Positions 9,541 to 18,215 of a DNA stretch of 64,000 nucleotides are shown piece after piece. The position numbers were made by a program, and so were the translations under genes. The notes under the pieces are model-generated. The model did not search any database, was not told the DNA's origin, and saw only the letters and a list, made by a program, of their open reading frames with translations. This DNA comes from Kangiella sp. (GTDB taxonomy: Bacteria > Pseudomonadota > Gammaproteobacteria > Enterobacterales > Kangiellaceae), in NCBI GenBank assembly GCA_048266925.1, contig JBLWYL010000001.1, forward strand, positions 537,235 through 601,234. Reading direction: 5' to 3'. Numbering within the stretch: position 1 is the first letter of the stretch; every line of letters begins with the position of its first letter.

Positions 9541-11634
9541 TTAAAACCTAAACTCAAACCCCACATAAACATTTCGGCCATTGGCTGGCAAACGCTCGCC
9601 AACCGCAATATCGCTTCCAGCAGCACGATTAATGCCACCCAAGTGCTCCACATACTGCTTATCGAATAGGTTCTCAATCCCCGCCCGCACGGTCAGGGCA
9701 TTATCAAACATATAATCCGCCATCCAGTCCCAAACCACATACCCGGCGGTTTCGTTTTCATTATTGATACTCGACACCCGATCCTGATCCGCATAAATCT
9801 GCGCAGCGAATTGGGTACTGAACTGAACGCCCTGATAGCCCCACACAAATCGCGTATTGAGCGGTGCAATACGATACAAATTGATATCGCTGTCATCGCG
9901 CTCACCACGCACATAACTCACCACCCCGGACATAAAGAAATCCGATGGCATGTCATAGCGCCAGTTACCATCAAAGCCCCATAAGGTTGCATCAACATTG
10001 GTGAACTGCAATGGGGCTGGGTCACCCATCATGCCAGCCACCATGATCGCTCTGGGGTCGGTACTTGGCGTTCCTTCAATATAATCCTTAACCTGCGAAT
10101 AAAAGACCCGTGGCGACACCTTAAAACCACCATTGCTGTAATCAAAACCCGTATCAATCTGGTAAGCCGTTTCTGGCTCAAGATTGATATCGCCAAAGTA
10201 AGTCTTACCATCTGCCAGGCCGCCGGTTGACTGCATCGGAATCCACAGATAACGCTGTTGATAACTGGCCGCATGTTGCTTAATGCCTGCGCTGTAGTTC
10301 CAGATAAAACTCTCGCTCAGTACCGACTTACCATGATAAGTCACATCATAAGTCGTATCACTAACGCTGCGATCCTCCTGATTAAAGTCATTCTGCAAAC
10401 CCGCAATCGCAGAACTCATCATTGCCATCGAATGCGCCACTTCGCCAGCATCGGCGTGGTTATACTTAACCCGAACGCCAAGGGTATCGCTACGCGCTTC
10501 TGAGCGCTGCCCCCACTGCACATAAGCGCTGTGACGGTCATCCTCAACCTGATTAAAATTAACCACACTGAACATCATATTATTGGGATTACTAATATCC
10601 ACATCATGCTCAGACAAATACCCCTGCAATCCATACACCCAGTCACCAGCTGTCAGTTGCAAATTATAATCTGAGCTCTTGGCTGCCGCATAGGTATAAC
10701 GCTGCGCGCTAAGATTAAGGTTCTCGCGCTGACTAAAATTATCCATGCCATGGGTATAGTCCGAAGCCCCGAACTGCCACTCCAGCACAGCGCTGCCTAA
10801 CTGATGCTCGCCATCCAGACTCCACTGCTCGCCATGCACATAATTGATATCCATCGGCAACGCAGGCGTTCCCGAGAAGCCGGTGTCAGTCTTGCCATAA
10901 CGCACACCAATGCGGCTGTTACCGAACTCATAAGCCATATCCAGGCCCAATTGCTGCTTATCGTAAGCAGTCGTAATGATGTCACGGCCCAGCGCATCCT
11001 CTGCATTATTGGCACTCTGGTCGCTGATAAAGGCATACACACCGAAATCATTAGCGCTGACATTGATATCCCCAGCATAAGTCGTGCCGTCGTTAATCCC
11101 CGAATACCAGCTGCTCAAAGAACCCTCGACCGACAGCTCCTCAGAAGTGCGCGCGCGTTTCAGATGCACATCCACCGCACCGCCCAGCGTATCGATACCC
11201 GCTGTCACTGGCGCAATCCCTCGATACACAGTCATCGCCTCAACGCTTAATGGCACGGCATAAGTCAAAGGCGCGTCCATCGCATTCGGCCCAGCACCAA
11301 TCGCCGTACGACCATTCAAGCTAACGCCGACACGATCACCAAACATCCCGCGATACTGCGCAATCCCCGTTACTGGGCCATTCTTATTCACATTCGCCCC
11401 TGGCACCGTCTTCAACCACTGCGCCACATCCGACTCAACTGGATCCGCATCCGCCACCGACAAATCATCAGACGAAGCTCTCTTTAAGGAACTCGACGCA
11501 CTAATCGTAATCACATCAATATGCTCATCCTCAGATTCAATATCCTCAGCCAACACAACCCCAGAAAAGAAACAACCAGACACAGCCAACGCAACCGCGC
11601 TCACACGAAAAGAATCAATAGAAAAGAAATTCAT
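9541..11634 (-). CDS. TonB-dependent receptor, Met/His-rich (possible copper uptake)
   Basis: Signal peptide, DVITISA TonB-box region, plug motif GVAQYRGMFGDRV-like (GIAQYRGMFGDRV), C-terminal NVYVGFEFRF; Met clusters HSMAMMSS, MVAGMM, NNMMF. Confidence 0.88.
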   Translation of the reverse strand: MNFFSIDSFRVSAVALAVSGCFFSGVVLAEDIESEDEHIDVITISASSSLKRASSDDLSVADADPVESDVAQWLKTVPGANVNKNGPVTGIAQYRGMFGDRVGVSLNGRTAIGAGPNAMDAPLTYAVPLSVEAMTVYRGIAPVTAGIDTLGGAVDVHLKRARTSEELSVEGSLSSWYSGINDGTTYAGDINVSANDFGVYAFISDQSANNAEDALGRDIITTAYDKQQLGLDMAYEFGNSRIGVRYGKTDTGFSGTPALPMDINYVHGEQWSLDGEHQLGSAVLEWQFGASDYTHGMDNFSQRENLNLSAQRYTYAAAKSSDYNLQLTAGDWVYGLQGYLSEHDVDISNPNNMMFSVVNFNQVEDDRHSAYVQWGQRSEARSDTLGVRVKYNHADAGEVAHSMAMMSSAIAGLQNDFNQEDRSVSDTTYDVTYHGKSVLSESFIWNYSAGIKQHAASYQQRYLWIPMQSTGGLADGKTYFGDINLEPETAYQIDTGFDYSNGGFKVSPRVFYSQVKDYIEGTPSTDPRAIMVAGMMGDPAPLQFTNVDATLWGFDGNWRYDMPSDFFMSGVVSYVRGERDDSDINLYRIAPLNTRFVWGYQGVQFSTQFAAQIYADQDRVSSINNENETAGYVVWDWMADYMFDNALTVRAGIENLFDKQYVEHLGGINRAAGSDIAVGERLPANGRNVYVGFEFRF

Positions 11635-11694
11635 AACGCCCTCAGAAAAGAATCAAATCGGCGCTAATTGTATAGATACGAAAGGAAAAAACAC

Positions 11695-11711
11695 TGCGAC
11701 AAATTGTCGCA
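11695..11711. promoter_or_regulatory. Palindromic operator TGCGACA-AAT-TGTCGCA, resembling a RegA/PrrA/RoxR box
   Basis: Perfect 7-3-7 palindrome fitting GCGNC-N5-GNCGC, about 60 bp upstream of the TonB receptor start. Confidence 0.55.
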
Positions 11712-11750
11712 CTCTTTAAGAGCAAGTATTCAGAGAGAGGACATAAATGA

Positions 11751-11828
11751 TGTAAGGACAACTCATGAGTTATCCCTACAAACTTCACCAACACCTAAAC
11801 TCAAACCCAACATAAACATTTCGGCCAT
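11751..11828. repeat. REP copy plus 36-bp remnant of the TonB receptor 3' end
   Basis: 11793-11828 matches 9546-9581 at 35/36 nt; 11751-11780 is a variant of the REP at 9339-9366. Confidence 0.85.
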
Positions 11829-11986
11829 CACCAAACCCTCTCATATTCGACTTGCCACCAATGCGCTAACGCATTGATTTTACAGATATTTCTTACACAA
11901 CATACCGCTTTCTCTTATAGCAAAAAAGTCCAAGTCGCCTATCATGTGCAAGAGGCAGTCGTTCTATCAAGACTGCCTCTTCAATT

Positions 11987-14854
11987 ATGGATTATTTAAC
12001 AAGGAGTTACACTATGACACCATTTAGCAAATGGATAGTACCATCCTTTATCCTCCTTTTTAGTAGCACCCTATTCGCTTCTGAAAAGTATGACGGCTTA
12101 GTTCCCGTCGATGAAAATGGTAATGTCCAAGAATACCTGGAAACAGGTTCCTCCCTTACACTCGCCGCTTCTGGCTTAGAGAAAAATCGACTGTATGAAG
12201 TTCGACTTGGTATCGATACTGAGTATGTCGAGGACTATAGAGAAGCAGTCAGTTTCGCCCGCGTTAGCACCAATGCACGCGGTGAAATCCCTAACTTTAT
12301 TTTGTGGTATCACACCGGGGTTGTCGGCTGTTCTTATCGCTCAAAACAGGAGTTAGAACAACCCTTTGCTTTTCGTAGCTTCGAAGAAGCTCGTGAAAAA
12401 CTGGCAGGACGAAAGTTAGCGGTGAGCCTACACGAAGTTGAACGCGACGAATCAGGAAAGATTCCGCCGATGAAGCTCAGAGTTGGCAAACCCATTCAGC
12501 AACTTCATCTCCCGGTCATTCAAGACAAAAGACCACTCGTCTACCCATCCGATCGCGAAGCTTGCCTACACAACAGTATGCACAGCCAAAAGCAGGATCT
12601 GTTTATCTCGGGCAGCAACTTTGAGCCTGGCGAAAAACTACGGGTCTCACTGGTCCCCAACCAACGCCGTTGGACAGAAGGCGACCTGGTTAACGACATC
12701 ACCGGCGAATTCAGTGCCGCAGCTGCCGAATGGGTTGAAGCTGATGGCAACGGTGACTTTACCGTTCGCAGCTGGGATCGAGCGTTACAACGTCGCGGCG
12801 CATACGACATTATCGTCCAGCGCGAAGATCGCGAACTCGATTATGACCGTTTAGACTTGGCAGACCGCGTGTCGTACGGACAGGACACCGCCTTTGTGCT
12901 CTATCTCTACTACCCTCCGGGTGGCCCATTGATGGACATTGCAGGTCGTCAACTAACAGGCGGATTCCCCTACTTTGAATTTGCCGACTCATTCGCCGAC
13001 CAAAACGATGACGTTTGGGGCGCGGTTGACCCAACCTATGTTCAGGCAGGTCACGCTGGCGGTAATTACGCCGCTTACTATGTGGTCAATCACAGAAGCA
13101 CACCGCAATGGGATCCCGGCATGGGCGGTTCGACCAACCTGGTTGATGTTTCTGGCGGCATAGAAATTATGCGCGTCAAATCCGGTTGCATTAACGGCAC
13201 CGACACCATTATCTGGCACGCACCGCTGAACGAAGGCGAATATGATGTGGTGGTTGATTTCGGTTCGACGGTAGCCATGACTCCCGCACAGTACGTCTCA
13301 GACAACAACTACGACAGCAGCATTGATTTCCTCGATGGCTCAACGCAGATTGGCTTTATCGTAGCCGATGACCCATATGACTTAGGCAACTACGCCATTG
13401 GTGAATTCGAATACAGTTATGATGACTACTTTGCCACTATGGGCAATGCATCCGATGTCGACTTACGCGCTATCGTTCGCTATCCAGCAACAGTTGCCGG
13501 CACCAACACGCCAGTCGCCGCAGGTCAGCATCCGATATTCCTGATCCAACATGGTAACCACCGCGTGTGTGAAATATCAGTTCCACAACCACACCACGTT
13601 AATTGCCCGGTTAACCAACGGACGCCAAACCATGAAGGCTATATGCGTTTGCTGGAAACCTTAGCCAGTAATGGCGTGATTGCAGTATCCATTGATGCAT
13701 TCGATCTGAGCGGTTATGTCCCACAGTGGATTCCGGAGCGTGGTGAATTAATTCTGCGTCACATTGAGCTGTGGTCACACATGAACAACAGTGCGAGCTA
13801 TCCAAGCTATCCTGACCCCAGTTCCGGCTTATTCACCAACCATGTAGATATGAACAAAATTGCCGTCAGCGGTCACTCGCGTGGTGGCGAAGCTTCCGTT
13901 TCAGCCTATGTGCAAAATACTGCCTTTAACATTGTCGCAGTATCCTCCATTGCACCAACTGATCGTTATGACTTCAGCAACCCGCTCTACACCCTTGGCG
14001 ACATCCCATACTTTGTCATGCTGCCCGCAGCAGATGGCGATGTGTCGGATTTGCGAGGCATTCGTCTGTATGACCGAGCAGGAAGCACCGTCAGCGACAA
14101 CACCGTTAAAAGTGGTTTCCATCTATATGGCGCAAACCACAACTTCTTTAATACGGTGTGGGCATCGCACGGCGATGATGCATCCGCAGCAAGGCCACAG
14201 TACATTCCAGCAGCACAGCAACAACGTATTGGCGAAGCTTATCTCGCTGCCTTTAACCTGATTCACTTAAAAGGCGAATCAGTCTATCAAGACATGTTGC
14301 GCGGAAACTTAAGCTTTCCATCAACCGCTGGCGTCAACAACTACCACTTCCACCATGAAAAGATTCACCAAAAGGTCGAAGCAGGTTCAGACAACACCAG
14401 CAGCTCTTCTGGAGTGGTTAAGTCATCCGTCAATGGCCCATCAATCCACACAACGCAAGCGCTACAAGCAGCCTGGAACGCAAGCTCAGCCACCATGGAA
14501 TATTCGATTCCAGCAGGCCAGCAAGACGTATCCGGCTACGAAGTCCTATCCTTCCGGGTCGCTATGACCAACTCAGGCACTAACCCTGTCTCAGGAACTC
14601 AAGACTTCTATGTAGAGCTCGTCAGTGGTGCCAACCAGCGCTCGACACACGCCGCAAACTTTGACCAGATCCCAGTGCCTTATGATCGCCCAGCAAACGA
14701 TTATAATGTTATGACCACGGTCAGAATTCCGCTGCACTCATTCATCGTAAACAACTCCAATGTCGACCTAACTGACATTGACGTTATTCGATTCAAATTT
14801 AACAATCCATCACAAGGAGAGATCTATGTGGACGATATTGAATTCTCACGCTAA
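11987..14854 (+). CDS. Large secreted multidomain protein with C-terminal alpha/beta hydrolase
   Basis: Signal-like MTPFSKWIVPSFILLFSSTLFA (likely true start), oxyanion region LIQHGNH, nucleophile elbow GHSRGGEA, GANHNFFNTVW, beta-sandwich C-terminus. Confidence 0.75.
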   Translation: MDYLTRSYTMTPFSKWIVPSFILLFSSTLFASEKYDGLVPVDENGNVQEYLETGSSLTLAASGLEKNRLYEVRLGIDTEYVEDYREAVSFARVSTNARGEIPNFILWYHTGVVGCSYRSKQELEQPFAFRSFEEAREKLAGRKLAVSLHEVERDESGKIPPMKLRVGKPIQQLHLPVIQDKRPLVYPSDREACLHNSMHSQKQDLFISGSNFEPGEKLRVSLVPNQRRWTEGDLVNDITGEFSAAAAEWVEADGNGDFTVRSWDRALQRRGAYDIIVQREDRELDYDRLDLADRVSYGQDTAFVLYLYYPPGGPLMDIAGRQLTGGFPYFEFADSFADQNDDVWGAVDPTYVQAGHAGGNYAAYYVVNHRSTPQWDPGMGGSTNLVDVSGGIEIMRVKSGCINGTDTIIWHAPLNEGEYDVVVDFGSTVAMTPAQYVSDNNYDSSIDFLDGSTQIGFIVADDPYDLGNYAIGEFEYSYDDYFATMGNASDVDLRAIVRYPATVAGTNTPVAAGQHPIFLIQHGNHRVCEISVPQPHHVNCPVNQRTPNHEGYMRLLETLASNGVIAVSIDAFDLSGYVPQWIPERGELILRHIELWSHMNNSASYPSYPDPSSGLFTNHVDMNKIAVSGHSRGGEASVSAYVQNTAFNIVAVSSIAPTDRYDFSNPLYTLGDIPYFVMLPAADGDVSDLRGIRLYDRAGSTVSDNTVKSGFHLYGANHNFFNTVWASHGDDASAARPQYIPAAQQQRIGEAYLAAFNLIHLKGESVYQDMLRGNLSFPSTAGVNNYHFHHEKIHQKVEAGSDNTSSSSGVVKSSVNGPSIHTTQALQAAWNASSATMEYSIPAGQQDVSGYEVLSFRVAMTNSGTNPVSGTQDFYVELVSGANQRSTHAANFDQIPVPYDRPANDYNVMTTVRIPLHSFIVNNSNVDLTDIDVIRFKFNNPSQGEIYVDDIEFSR

Positions 14855-15299
14855 GAGCTTACTAGCAGGGATAGCTTTAAGTCTTATCGCCGCGACCAGC
14901 ATCGCCGCCGGCGACAGCCCAGACAAAAGAGCCGAACCTGCCAAAGGCAAAAGCGCCATAGACATCAAAACGGCACAAGTTGTTAAGCTCGACGCCAAAC
15001 AACAAGCCAATATTTATGGCAAAAGCTCAGTACGCAAACTCAAACAAGACGACCTGGTGATCAAAGTGGAAACACAAGAACCCGTCAACTTGTACCTGTC
15101 CAGTTCACCCATCATCACAGTGAACGGCAAAGAAGTACTGACCAAGTTTGAGCCACACCAAGCAACCACCTTCTACGCCTTCGTAGACAAAGAAATGCTT
15201 CAAAAAGGCACAAACTCAATCGACATGATCTGGCCTGATATGCCAGCAAGCGCCGAAACAAAAAGCAGGCGCCCTCAATATCAGCTAGAGATTAAATAA
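14826..15299 (+). CDS. Secreted hypothetical protein
   Basis: AAGGAG RBS before the ATG at 14826, overlapping the upstream stop; signal-like KSLLAGIALSLIAATSIAA. Confidence 0.65.
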   Translation: MWTILNSHAKSLLAGIALSLIAATSIAAGDSPDKRAEPAKGKSAIDIKTAQVVKLDAKQQANIYGKSSVRKLKQDDLVIKVETQEPVNLYLSSSPIITVNGKEVLTKFEPHQATTFYAFVDKEMLQKGTNSIDMIWPDMPASAETKSRRPQYQLEIK

Positions 15300-15308
15300 A
15301 TCCACCCC

Positions 15309-15343
15309 AAAAAAAAGCCCGCTCAAAAGCGGGCTTTCTTTTT
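15309..15343. terminator. Bidirectional intrinsic terminator
   Basis: A8-GCCCGCT-CAAA-AGCGGGC-TTTCTTTTT. Confidence 0.85.
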
Positions 15344-15378
15344 AAGATACTGAAATTCTATGGACGACACTTGCACCA

Positions 15379-15433
15379 AAAAGAATCAAATCGGCGCTAA
15401 TAGTAAAGATATGAAGGAAAAGAAACTGCTGAC
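15379..15433. repeat. Second copy of the TonB receptor upstream segment
   Basis: AAAAGAATCAAATCGGCGCTAAT identical at 11646-11668 and 15379-15401, with about 30 more nt of similarity. Confidence 0.85.
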
Positions 15434-15509
15434 CAGTGCCAGCAGCGGACTGGTATTGACTTGACATCAGGAAGGCGTCCATATATGTCCAATAAGGCCT
15501 TTACCATTA

Positions 15510-15995
15510 CTAGAATTTAATGTCTAAGTTGTTGTTATCTAAATTCTCTTGTGATCTCTGCTCATTTAACAACGCCCGTTCAACAATTTTCTTTTCTAAC
15601 GTATCTATGCCTGTCGGATCTCCGGGGTTTTCATCCATCCAACTTTGAATAATTGATAAACCCGCGTTGCAATAGCCTTCAAATACCTTTACTGCATCAT
15701 TTAAATTTTCATACTTCAAACATGTAGCATCTTTCTTTTTTAATAGTGCTAGTAAATATATGTAGGTATCTTGTTGAGTATTGGCATAAGTGCCTAGCGT
15801 GATCTGGATTTTGTCAGAAGTTACTGACTCAAACTTATCGTGTGAGTAGCCAACCATAGCAGCAAATACCATTAAATCTTTATTGTGACTGAAAATAACA
15901 TGATCACCTTGAGTCAATTTTTCTACTAAAGGTTCATGCTTCCTATCTCGATTTACATTGATCCCTAGCCACTTTCTATCATCTAATCTAGACAT
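15510..15995 (-). CDS. DNA phosphorothioation-associated small protein (PbeD-like, dnd-associated protein 4 type)
   Basis: VNRDRKHEPLVEKL...IFSHNKDLMVFAAMVG pattern; last gene after the Rad50-like ATPase, overlapping its stop. Confidence 0.65.
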   Translation of the reverse strand: MSRLDDRKWLGINVNRDRKHEPLVEKLTQGDHVIFSHNKDLMVFAAMVGYSHDKFESVTSDKIQITLGTYANTQQDTYIYLLALLKKKDATCLKYENLNDAVKVFEGYCNAGLSIIQSWMDENPGDPTGIDTLEKKIVERALLNEQRSQENLDNNNLDIKF

Positions 15996-18021
15996 AAGCA
16001 CCTACCTTTTCTATTACAGTGCGATCAACTGGACAGTTATATTTAACAGTTGGGTATTTTGTCCCTTGAATTGTAATTTCATCCACTGCTTTAGCATCTC
16101 GATCAGCTTGAACTTCTAAAACAAGGTTATACTCCATTCCAACCTTATCCCTAATATTATCTTCAACAGTACCTTCCCAATGGCTAGAAGAAAGGAAAAA
16201 GACAACCTGACCTACAGACTCAGGAATTGATTTAGCAACATTTCCTTTGTATTTGTTATCAAGAACACCAAAAGGTGCATCAATGATAAAAGGCGCAATT
16301 GCTCCCGGCGTTAATATTTCACCAGAGGCATTTTTCCTTTCTCTCGCAAGTTCAATTAAAGAAGAAATAAATGTCAAACTTAAAAGTAACCCTTGTCCAT
16401 CACTTTCAGCTACTTGTACATCATTGCGGTCAAAGAGCCTTATATCAAAGGAGTTTTTATCCATTTTTGCACGGTAATCTTGACGTACAAACTGCCCTAG
16501 ATATGAGTTAACTTTTTCCATGATCTTTAACTCAACATTCTCCTGAGTTAATGCTAATGTTCTCTCGATTGTTAACTGAACTTTTTGAGCGATTTCTTCT
16601 AATTCTCGATATTTATTAACTTCCGAAGAGCTAGATTTAAGCCTTAATACTTCCCCCCTCTTCTTCTCAAGTAAAGATGCACTGTCTTTCACTTGTCGTT
16701 CTAAATTTCCTATAGCTCGATTGTCATCCCCTAAGCGCATTTGAAATTGACTTCTGCGCTTTTCAAGTTCTTGGATATCTCCAATATCTTTTGCACCTTG
16801 AATTTCAATAGAGATGTTTTTTAATCTTTCTTCAAATTTGCTGACATTATCTCGGCTAGAAGAAATACCTTTTAGATTAAACTCAAAGTCTTCCTTAGCC
16901 TGCGAAGAAATTTTTTTAATACTTCGTAACTCAGCTTGAGCTTTTGTTACCCTGCTTTCTTGTTGGGGATCTGCTGCCGATTTTAATAGATCTTGAATTC
17001 TATTATATGCCTCACTTCCAACTGTGATATCGGCTCCACAAATACACTGCGTTTCTTCTAAAATTTTATAAACGAGATTTTCGTTATACGGAGAAGGTAT
17101 AGTGGATTTAAACTCATCTTCATCGATAAAATTTAAAACCTCAAAAGATATATCATGGGCAAACACATTGGCCGCGTATTTTTTAATCAAGTTAACTCGA
17201 TTATTTTCGAATCTAGAAAGATTATTATGTGCATCTTTTAGATCTCGTTCAGCTTCAGCTCTTTCTTTATGCTTCGCTTTAATGAACTCACTATTTGAAG
17301 AGGCTAGCTGAGCATCAATTTTTCTAATTTCATAAGTATAACGTTCAACAGATTCGTTCTTTTCTTCGAGTCTCTTATTATCTTCTTGTAAATCTGATTC
17401 AAGCCGATCTATATCTCTTTGAATTTTTGATATTTCACCATCTTTATCAGCTCTTTGAAGAGATTTACTATACTCTTTCTTAATTTTTTGAACATCCTCT
17501 AAAGCGTTCTTTGCTACGGTGAAACCAAGGATCTTCTGAATTGCTTCTTTTATTTGTTTACCACCATGTTTACTCGTAAATGAACCAACACCCTCACCCT
17601 GGAAAAAGAAGTAATTAGCCATATCTTTAGGTATAACTGAATTTATAAATATGTCTGGATTAGAAACATCTTTAAAATCTCCACCTTCAATTATGAAGAC
17701 CCTAAAGGTGTCTTGAGTTACAGGGCCACATGCTCTTTGTACTGAATAATTTCTTCCTTCTTCTTCAAACTCAATTTCAACTTTGTAATTTTGCTTCCCT
17801 TCAGCTTTAGCTGCATTATTTATTAAACTTCTTGAATCTTTAAAGTTAGGGGTGAAAGTCTTGAAAAAACACCATAAAATTGCGTTTAATAGGGCTGTCT
17901 TACCAACTCCATTCTCTGCGTGAATTAGAGTGACATTTTTATCTTCATTAGTAGAAAAATGAATTGTTTGCTCACCATAGAATTGACGGAAATTTGTTAG
18001 TACTATTTTCTTTATTAGCAT
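15988..18021 (-). CDS. pbeC: Rad50/SMC-like ABC ATPase (PbeC/DndD-like)
   Basis: Walker A HAENGVGKT, long coiled coils with central CICG hook, signature AESDGQ, Walker B/D-loop IIDAPFGVLD. Confidence 0.75.
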   Translation of the reverse strand: MLIKKIVLTNFRQFYGEQTIHFSTNEDKNVTLIHAENGVGKTALLNAILWCFFKTFTPNFKDSRSLINNAAKAEGKQNYKVEIEFEEEGRNYSVQRACGPVTQDTFRVFIIEGGDFKDVSNPDIFINSVIPKDMANYFFFQGEGVGSFTSKHGGKQIKEAIQKILGFTVAKNALEDVQKIKKEYSKSLQRADKDGEISKIQRDIDRLESDLQEDNKRLEEKNESVERYTYEIRKIDAQLASSNSEFIKAKHKERAEAERDLKDAHNNLSRFENNRVNLIKKYAANVFAHDISFEVLNFIDEDEFKSTIPSPYNENLVYKILEETQCICGADITVGSEAYNRIQDLLKSAADPQQESRVTKAQAELRSIKKISSQAKEDFEFNLKGISSSRDNVSKFEERLKNISIEIQGAKDIGDIQELEKRRSQFQMRLGDDNRAIGNLERQVKDSASLLEKKRGEVLRLKSSSSEVNKYRELEEIAQKVQLTIERTLALTQENVELKIMEKVNSYLGQFVRQDYRAKMDKNSFDIRLFDRNDVQVAESDGQGLLLSLTFISSLIELARERKNASGEILTPGAIAPFIIDAPFGVLDNKYKGNVAKSIPESVGQVVFFLSSSHWEGTVEDNIRDKVGMEYNLVLEVQADRDAKAVDEITIQGTKYPTVKYNCPVDRTVIEKVGAYV

Positions 18022-18215
18022 ATGTCACCTTTTTTCCTTGCATTTTCTATAAGTTCACGTATCAATCGAAGTCGATTATTTGAACTTGCTTCTCCATAAA
18101 TATGCTTTCTTTCAACATTTATAATTGATGATGTAAGTTCCTGTAGAGGCGTAGGTTTCTCTACTTCCTTAGCGGCTTCCTGAAACATTCTTTCTAATTC
18201 AGATTTAGATGTCAT
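18015..18215 (-). CDS. Small helical protein (PbeB-like by position)
   Basis: 66 aa, overlaps both neighbours, lies between helicase and SMC ATPase. Confidence 0.6.
   Translation of the reverse strand: MTSKSELERMFQEAAKEVEKPTPLQELTSSIINVERKHIYGEASSNNRLRLIRELIENARKKGDIC

Noticed and set aside
15345-15510. attL/attR duplication of the tRNA-Ser 3' end
   Set aside because: No copy of TGGCGGAGAGGGTGGG is visible at the left island border, and none of the tRNA-Leu or tRNA-Pro ends either.
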